Shown here piece after piece: positions 56,135 through 64,000 of a DNA stretch of 64,000 nucleotides. The notes beneath the pieces are model-generated. The model ran no database searches. It saw only the letters and a program-made list of their open reading frames with translations, and was not told where the DNA came from. Where the stretch lies: contig NIVC01001877.1 of assembly GCA_002269645.1 (NCBI GenBank), forward strand, positions 80,406 through 144,405, given 5' to 3'. Positions within the stretch are counted from its first letter, which is position 1. The number at the start of each line of letters is the position of its first letter. The stretch is from Macrostomum lignano. Taxonomy: Eukaryota. The position numbers and the translations under genes were made by a program.

Positions 56135-59100
56135 GATCCCCAAGCATCACGGATCCCCAAGCATCACAGATCCTCAAGCATCACAGATCCTCAAGCATCA
56201 CAGATCCCCAAGCATCACAGATCCTCAAGCATCACAGATCCTCAAGCATCACAGATCCTCAAGCATCACAGATCCCCAAGCATCACAGATCCTCAAGCAT
56301 CACAGATCCCCAAGCATCACAGATCCTCAAGCATCACAGATCCCCATGCATCACAGATCCTCAAGCATCACAGATCCCCAAGCATCACAGATCCCCAAGC
56401 ATCACAGATCCCCAAGCATCACAGATCCTCAAGCATCACAGATCCTCAAGCATCACAGATCCCCAAGCATCACAGATCCCCAAGCATCACAGATCCCCAA
56501 GCATCACAGATCCTCAAGCATCACAGATCCTCAAGCATCACAGATCCCCAAGCATCACAGATCCCCAAGCATCACAGATCCCAAGCATCACAGATCCCCA
56601 AGCATCACAGATCCCCAAGCATCACAGATCCTCAAGCATCACAGATCCCCAAGCATCACAGATCCCCAAGCATCACAGATCCCCAAGCATCACAGATCCC
56701 CAAGCATCACAGATCCTCAAGCATCACAGATCCCCAAGCATCACAGATCCTCAAGCATCACAGATCCCCAAGCATCACAGATCCCCAAGCATCACAGATC
56801 CCAAGCATCACAGATCCCCAAGCATCACAGATCCCCAAGCATCACAGATCCTCAAGCATCACAGATCCCCAAGCATCACAGATCCTCAAGCATCACAGAT
56901 CCCCAAGCATCACAGATATCCAAGTATAACAGATCCTCAAGCATCACAGATCCCCAAGCATCACAGATCCCCAAGCATCACAGATCCCCAAGCATCACAG
57001 ATCTCCAAGTATAACAGATCCTCAAGCATCACAGATCCCAAGCATCACAGATCCCCAAGCATCACAGATCCCCAAGCATCACAGATCCCCAAGTATCACA
57101 GATCCTCAAGCATCACAGATCCCCAAGCATCACAGATCCCCAAGCATCACAGATCCCCAAGTATCACAGATCCTCAAGCATCACAGATCCCTAAGCATCA
57201 CAGATCCCCAAGCATCACAGATCCCAAGCATCACAGATCCCCAAGCATCACAGATCCCCAAGTATCACAGATCCTCAAGCATCACAGATCCCCAAGCATC
57301 ACAGATCCCCAAGCATCACAGATCCCCAAGCATCACAGATCCCCAAGCATCACAGATCCCCGAACATCACAGATCCCCACCCCAAGCATCACAGATCTCT
57401 AAGTACAACAGATCCTCAAGCATCACAGATCCCCAAGCATCACAGATCCCCAAGCATCACAGATCCCCAAGCATCACAGATCCCCAAGCATCACAGATCC
57501 TCAAGCATCACAGATCCCCAAGCATCACAGATCCCCAAGCATCACAGATCCTCAAGCATCACAGATCCCCAAGCATCACAGATCCCCAAGCATCACAGAT
57601 CCCCAAGCATCACAGATCCTCAAGCATCACAGATCTCCAAGTATAACAGATCCTCAAGCATCACAGATCCTCAAGCATCACAGATCCCCAAGCATCACAG
57701 ATCTCCAAGTATAACAGATCCTCAAGCATCACAGATCCCCAAGCATCACAGATCCCCAAGCATCACAGATCCCAAGCATCACAGATCCCCAAGCATCACA
57801 GATCCCCAAGCATCACAGATCCCCAAGCATCACAGATCCTCAAGCATCACAGATCCCCAAGCATCACAGATCCTCAAGCATCACAGATCCCCAAGCATCA
57901 CAGATCCCCAAGCATCACAGATCCCAAGCATCACAGATCCCCAAGCATCACAGATCCCCAAGCATCACAGATCCTCAAGCATCACAGATCCTCAAGCATC
58001 ACAGATCCCCAAGCATCACAGATCCCCAAGCATCACAGATCCCCAAGCATCACAGATCCTCAAGCATCACAGATCCCCAAGCATCACAGATCCTCAAGCA
58101 TCACAGATCCCCAAGCATCACAGATCCCAAGCATCACAGATCCCCAAGCATCACAGATCCCCAAGCATCACAATCCCCAAGCATCACAGATCCCCAAGCA
58201 TCACAGATCCCCAAGCATCACAGATCCCCAAGCATCACAGATCCCCAAGCATCACAGATCCCAAGCATCACAGATCCCCAAGCATCACAGATCCTCAAGC
58301 ATCACAGATCCCCAAGCATCACAGATCCTCAAGCATCACAGATCCCCAAGCATCACAGATCCCAAGCATCACAGATCCCCAAGCATCACAGATCCCCAAG
58401 CATCACAGATCCCCAAGCATCACAGATCCCCAAGCATCACAGATCCTCAAGCATCACAGATCCCCAAGCATCACAGATATCCAAGTATAACAGATCCTCA
58501 AGCATCACAGATCCCCAAGCATCACAGATCCCCAAGCATCACAGATCTCCAAGTATAACAGATCCTCAAGCATCACAGATCCCCAAGCATCACAGATCCC
58601 CAAGCATCACAGATCCCCAAGCATCACAGATCCCCAAGTATCACAGATCCTCAAGCATCACAGATCCCCAAGCATCACAGATCCCCAAGCATCACAGATC
58701 CCCAAGCATCACAGATCTCCAAGTATAACAGATCCTCAAGCATCACAGATCCCCAAGCATCACAGATCCCCAAGCATCACAGATCCCCAAGCATCACAGA
58801 TCCCCAAGTATCACAGATCCTCAAGCATCACAGATCCCCAAGCATCACAGATCCCCAAGCATCACAGATCCCCAAGCATCACAGATCCCCAAGTATCACA
58901 GATCCTCAAGCATCACAGATCCCCAAGCATCACAGATCCCCAAGCATCACAGATCCCCAAGCATCACAGATCCCCAAGTATCACAGATCCTCAAGCATCA
59001 CAGATCCCCAAGCATCACAGATCCCCAAGCATCACAGATCCCAAGCATCACAGATCCCCAAGCATCACAGATCCCCAAGCATCACAGATCCCCAAGCATA

Positions 59101-62100
59101 ACAGATCCTCAAGCATCACAGATCCTCAAGCATCACAGATCCCCAAGCATCACAGATCCCCAAGCATCACAGATCCCCAAGCATCACAGATCCCCAAGCA
59201 TCACAGATCCTCAAGCATCACAGATCCCCAAGCATCACAGATCCTCAAGCATCACAGATCCCCAAGCATCACAGATCCCCAAGCATCACAGATCCCCAAG
59301 CATCACAGATCTCCAAGTATAACAGATCCTCAAGCATCACAGATCTCCAAGTATAACAGATCCTCAAGCATCACAGATCCTCAAGCATCACAGATCCCCA
59401 AGCATCACAGATATCCAAGTATAACAGATCCCCAAGCATCACAGATCCCCAAGCATCACAGATCCCCAAGCATCACAGATCCTCAAGCATCACAGATCTC
59501 CAAGTATAACAGATCCTCAAGCATCACAGATCCTCAAGCATCACAGATCCCCAAGCATCACAGATCTCCAAGTATAACAGATCCTCAAGCATCACAGATC
59601 CTCAAGCATCACAGATCCCCAAGCATCACAGATCCCCAAGCATCACAGATCCCAAGCATCACAGATCCCAAGCATCACAGATCCCCAAGCATCACAGATC
59701 CCCAAGCATCACAGATCCCAAGCATCACAGATCCTCAAGCATCACAGATCCCCAAGCATCACAGATCCCCAAGCATCACAGATCCCCAAGCATCACAGAT
59801 CCCCAAGTATCACAGATCCTCAAGCATCACAGATCCCCAAGCATCACAATCCCCAAGCATCACAGATCCCCAAGCATCACAGATCTCCAAGTATAACAGA
59901 TCCTCAAGCATCACAGATCCCCAAGCATCACAGATCCCCAAGCATCACAGATCCCCAAGCATCACAGATCCCCAAGTATCACAGATCCTCAAGCATCACA
60001 GATCCCCAAGCATCACAGATCCCCAAGCATCACAGATCCCCAAGCATCACAGATCCCCAAGTATCACAGATCCTCAAGCATCACAGATCCCCAAGCATCA
60101 CAGATCCCCAAGCATCACAGATCCCCAAGCATCACAGATCCCCAAGTATCACAGATCCTCAAGCATCACAGATCCCCAAGCATCACAGATCCCCAAGCAT
60201 CACAGATCCCAAGCATCACAGATCCCCAAGCATCACAGATCCCCAAGCATCACAGATCCCCAAGCATCACAGATCCTCAAGCATCACAGATCCTCAAGCA
60301 TCACAGATCCCAAGCATCACAGATCCCCAAGCATCACAGATCCCCAAGCATCACAGATCCCCAAGCATCACAGATCCTCAAGCATCACAGATCCCAAGCA
60401 TCACAGATCCTCAAGCATCACAGATCCCAAGCATCACAGATCCCCAAGCATCACAGATCCCCAAGCATCACAGATCTCCAAGTATCAACAGATCCTCAAG
60501 CATCACAGATCTCCAAGTATAACAGATCCTCAAGCATCACAGATCCTCAAGCATCACAGATCCCCAAGCATCACAGATATCCAAGTATAACAGATCCCCA
60601 AGCATCACAGATCCCCAAGCATCACAGATCCCCAAGCATCACAGATCCTCAAGCATCACAGATCTCCAAGCATCACAGATCCTCAAGCATCACAGATCCT
60701 CAAGCATCACAGATCCCCAAGCATCACAGATCTCCAAGTATAACAGATCCTCAAGCATCACAGATCCCCAAGCATCACAGATCCCCAAGCATCACAGATC
60801 CCCAAGCATCACAGATCCCAAGCATCACAGATCCCAAGCATCACAGATCCCCAAGCATCACAGATCCCCAAGCATCACAGATCCCCAAGCATCACAGATC
60901 CCAAGCATCACAGATCCTCAAGCATCACAGATCCCCAAGCATCACAGATCCCCAAGCATCACAGATCCCAAGCATCACAGATCCCAAGCATCACAGATCC
61001 CCAAGCATCACAGATCCTCAAGCATCACAGATCCCCAAGCATCACAGATCCCCAAGCATCACAGATCCTCAAGCATCACAGATCCCAAGCATCACAGATC
61101 CTCAAGCATCACAGATCCCCAAGCATCACAGATCCCCAAGCATCACAGATCCCAAGCATCACAGATCCCCAAGCATCACAGATCCCCAAGCATCACAGAT
61201 CCCAAGCATCACAGATCCTCAAGCATCACAGATCCCCAAGCATCACAGATCCCAAGCATCACAGATCCCCAAGCATCACAGATCCTCAAGCATCACAGAT
61301 CCCCAAGCATCACAGATCCCCAAGCATCACAGATCCCCAAGCATCACAGATCCCCAAGCATCACAGATCCCCAAGCATCACAGATCCCAAGCATCACAGA
61401 TCCCCAAGCATCACAGATATCCAAGTATAACAGATCCTCAAGCATCACAGATCCCCAAGCATCACAGATCCCCAAGCATCACAGATCCCCAAGCATCACA
61501 GATCCCCAAGCATCACAGATCCCCAAGCATCACAGATCCCCAAGCATCACAGATCCCAAGCATCACAGATCCCAAGCATCACAGATCCCCAAGTATCACA
61601 GATCCTCAAGCATCACAGATCCCCAAGCATCACAGATCCCCAAGCATCACAGATCCCAAGCATCACAGATCCTCAAGCATCACAGATCCCCAAGCATCAC
61701 AGATCCCCAAGCATCACAGATCCCCAAGCATCACAGATCCCCAAGCATCACAGATCCCAAGCATCACAGATCCCCAAGCATCACAGATCCCCAAGCATCA
61801 CAGATCCCAAGTATCACAGATCCCAAGCATCACAGATCCCCAAGCATCACAGATCCCCAAGCATCACAGATCCCCAAGCATCACAGATCCCCAAGCATCA
61901 CAGATCCTCAAGCATCACAGATCCCCAAGCATCACAGATATCCAAGTATAACAGATCCCCAAGCATCACAGATCCCCAAGCATCACAGATCCCCAAGCAT
62001 CACAGATCCCCAAGCATCACAGATCCCCAAGCATCACAGATCCCAAGCATCACAGATCCCCAAGCATCACAGATCCCCAAGCATCACAGATATCCAAGCA

Positions 62101-64000
62101 TCACAGATCCCAAGCATCACAGATCCAAGCATCACAGATCCCAAGCATCACAGATCCCCAAGCATCACAGATCCCAAGCATCACAGATCCCAAGCATCAC
62201 AGATCTCAAGCATCACAGATCCTCAAGCATCACAGATCCCCAAGCATCACAGATCCCCAAGCATCACAGATCCTCCAAGTATAACAGATCCTCAAGCATC
62301 ACAGATCCCAAGCATCACAGATCCCCAAGCATCACAGATCCAAGTATAACAGATCCTCAAGCATCACAGATCCCCAAGCATCACAGATCCCCAAGCATCA
62401 CAGATCCCCAAGCATCACAGATCCCAAGCATCACAGATCCTCAAGCATCACAGATCCTCAAGCATCACAGATCCCCAAGCATCACAGATCCTCAAGCATC
62501 ACAGATCCCCAAGCATCACAGATCCTCAAGCATCACAGATCCTTAAGCATCACAGATCCCCAAGCATCACAGATCCCAAGCATCACAGATCCCCAAGCAT
62601 CACAGATCCCCAAGCATCACAGATCTCCAAGCATCACAGATCCCCAAGCATCACAGATCCCCAAGCATCACAGATCCCCAAGCATCACAGATACCCAAGT
62701 ATAACAGATCCCCAAGCATCACAGATCCCCAAGCATCACAGATCCCCAAGCATCACAGATCTCCAAGTATAACAGATCCCAAGCATCACAGATCCCAAGC
62801 ATCACAGATCCCCAAGCATCACAGATCCCCAAGCATCACAGATCCCAAGTATAACAGATCCCAAGCATCACAGATCCCCAAGCATCACAGATCCCCAAGC
62901 ATCACAGATCCCCAAGCATCACAGATCCCCAAGCATCACAGATCCCCAAGCATCACAGATCCTCAAGCATCACAGATCCTCAAGCATCACAGATCCCCAA
63001 GCATCACAGATCCCCAAGCATCACAGATATCAAGTATAACAGATCCTCAAGCATCACAGATCCCAAGCATCACAGATCCCCAAGCATCACAGATCCAAGT
63101 ATACAGATCTCCAAGTATAACAGATCCTCAAGCATCACAGATCCTCAAGCATCACAGATCCCCAGCATCACAGATATCAAGTATAACAGATCCTCAAGCA
63201 TCACAGATCCCCAAGCATCACAGATCCCAAGCATCACAGATCCCCAAGCATCACAGATCTCCAAGTATAACAGATCCTCAAGCATCACAGATCCCCAAGC
63301 ATCACAGATCCCCAAGCATCACAGATCCCCAAGCATCACAGATCCTCAAGCATCACAGATCCTCAAGCATCACAGATCCTCAAGCATCACAGATCCCCAA
63401 GCATCACAGATCCTCAAGCATCACAGATCCCCAAGCATCACAGATCCTCAAGCATCACAGATCCTCAAGCATCACGGATCCCCAAGCATCACAGATCCCC
63501 AAGCATCACAGATCCCCAAGCATCACAGATCTCCAAGTATAACAGATCCTCAAGCATCACAGATCCTTAAGCATCACAGATCCCCAAGCATCACAGATCT
63601 CCAAGTATAACAGATCCCCAAGCATCACAGATCCCCAAGCATCACAGATCCCCAAGCATCACAGATCCCCAAGCATCACAGATCACCAAGCATCACAGAT
63701 CCCTAAGCATCACAGATCCCCAAGCATCACAGATCCCCAAGCATCACAGATCCTCAAGCATCACAGATCCCCAAGCATCACAGATATCCAAGCATCACAG
63801 ATCCTCAAGCATCACAGATCCCAAGCATCACAGATCCCCAAGCATCACAGATCCCTAAGCATCACAGATCTCCAAGTATAACAGATCCTCAAGCATCACA
63901 GATCCTCAAGCATCACAGATCCCCAAGCATCACAGATATCTAAGTATAACAGATCCTCAAGCATCACAGATCCCCAAGCATCACAGATCCCCAAGCATCA
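56135..64000. repeat. 17-bp satellite, >7.8 kb, in SEC14-like intron 2, running off the window
   Basis: aagcatcacagatcccc with tcctc, 16-bp tccc and aagtataacag variants; roughly 460 units by length/17. Confidence 0.98.

Noticed and set aside
56123-57014. ITDPQASQ/HHRS ORFs
   Set aside because: They are translations of the 17-bp satellite, whose unit length is not a multiple of 3.

Overview
Repeat-rich, intron-containing eukaryotic (invertebrate animal) DNA in the standard genetic code; no CRISPR or prokaryotic features. The minisatellite-filled introns are reminiscent of the flatworm Macrostomum, but the taxon is only a guess. Four host genes can be spliced by hand with GT-AG and phase-consistent junctions: a CHMP4/Snf7 ESCRT-III subunit (minus, 3 exons, 220 aa), a PRXL2C/AAED1-like protein (minus, 4 exons, 225 aa), a GH47 Golgi alpha-1,2-mannosidase (plus, 5 exons, 628 aa) and the first two exons of a SEC14/CRAL-TRIO protein (plus). 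CHMP4 intron 1 holds a 4.4-kb hAT transposon with intact ends and TSD that carries two nested hAT-type MITEs (53 bp and 287 bp), plus a solo LTR. The 15-27 kb region has two copies of a ~2-kb unclassified repeat flanking a fibrinogen-domain remnant, a tRNA-derived SINE and a Penelope-like element split by a solo LTR. The most unusual features are: (i) most introns of the mannosidase and SEC14 genes are largely filled by their own unrelated minisatellite, including a >7.8-kb 17-bp array; (ii) two of these introns have 8-9-bp direct repeats straddling both splice junctions, resembling a target-site duplication from intron gain; (iii) the palindrome TACATGTA is strongly over-represented and appears as a gain in some repeat copies.
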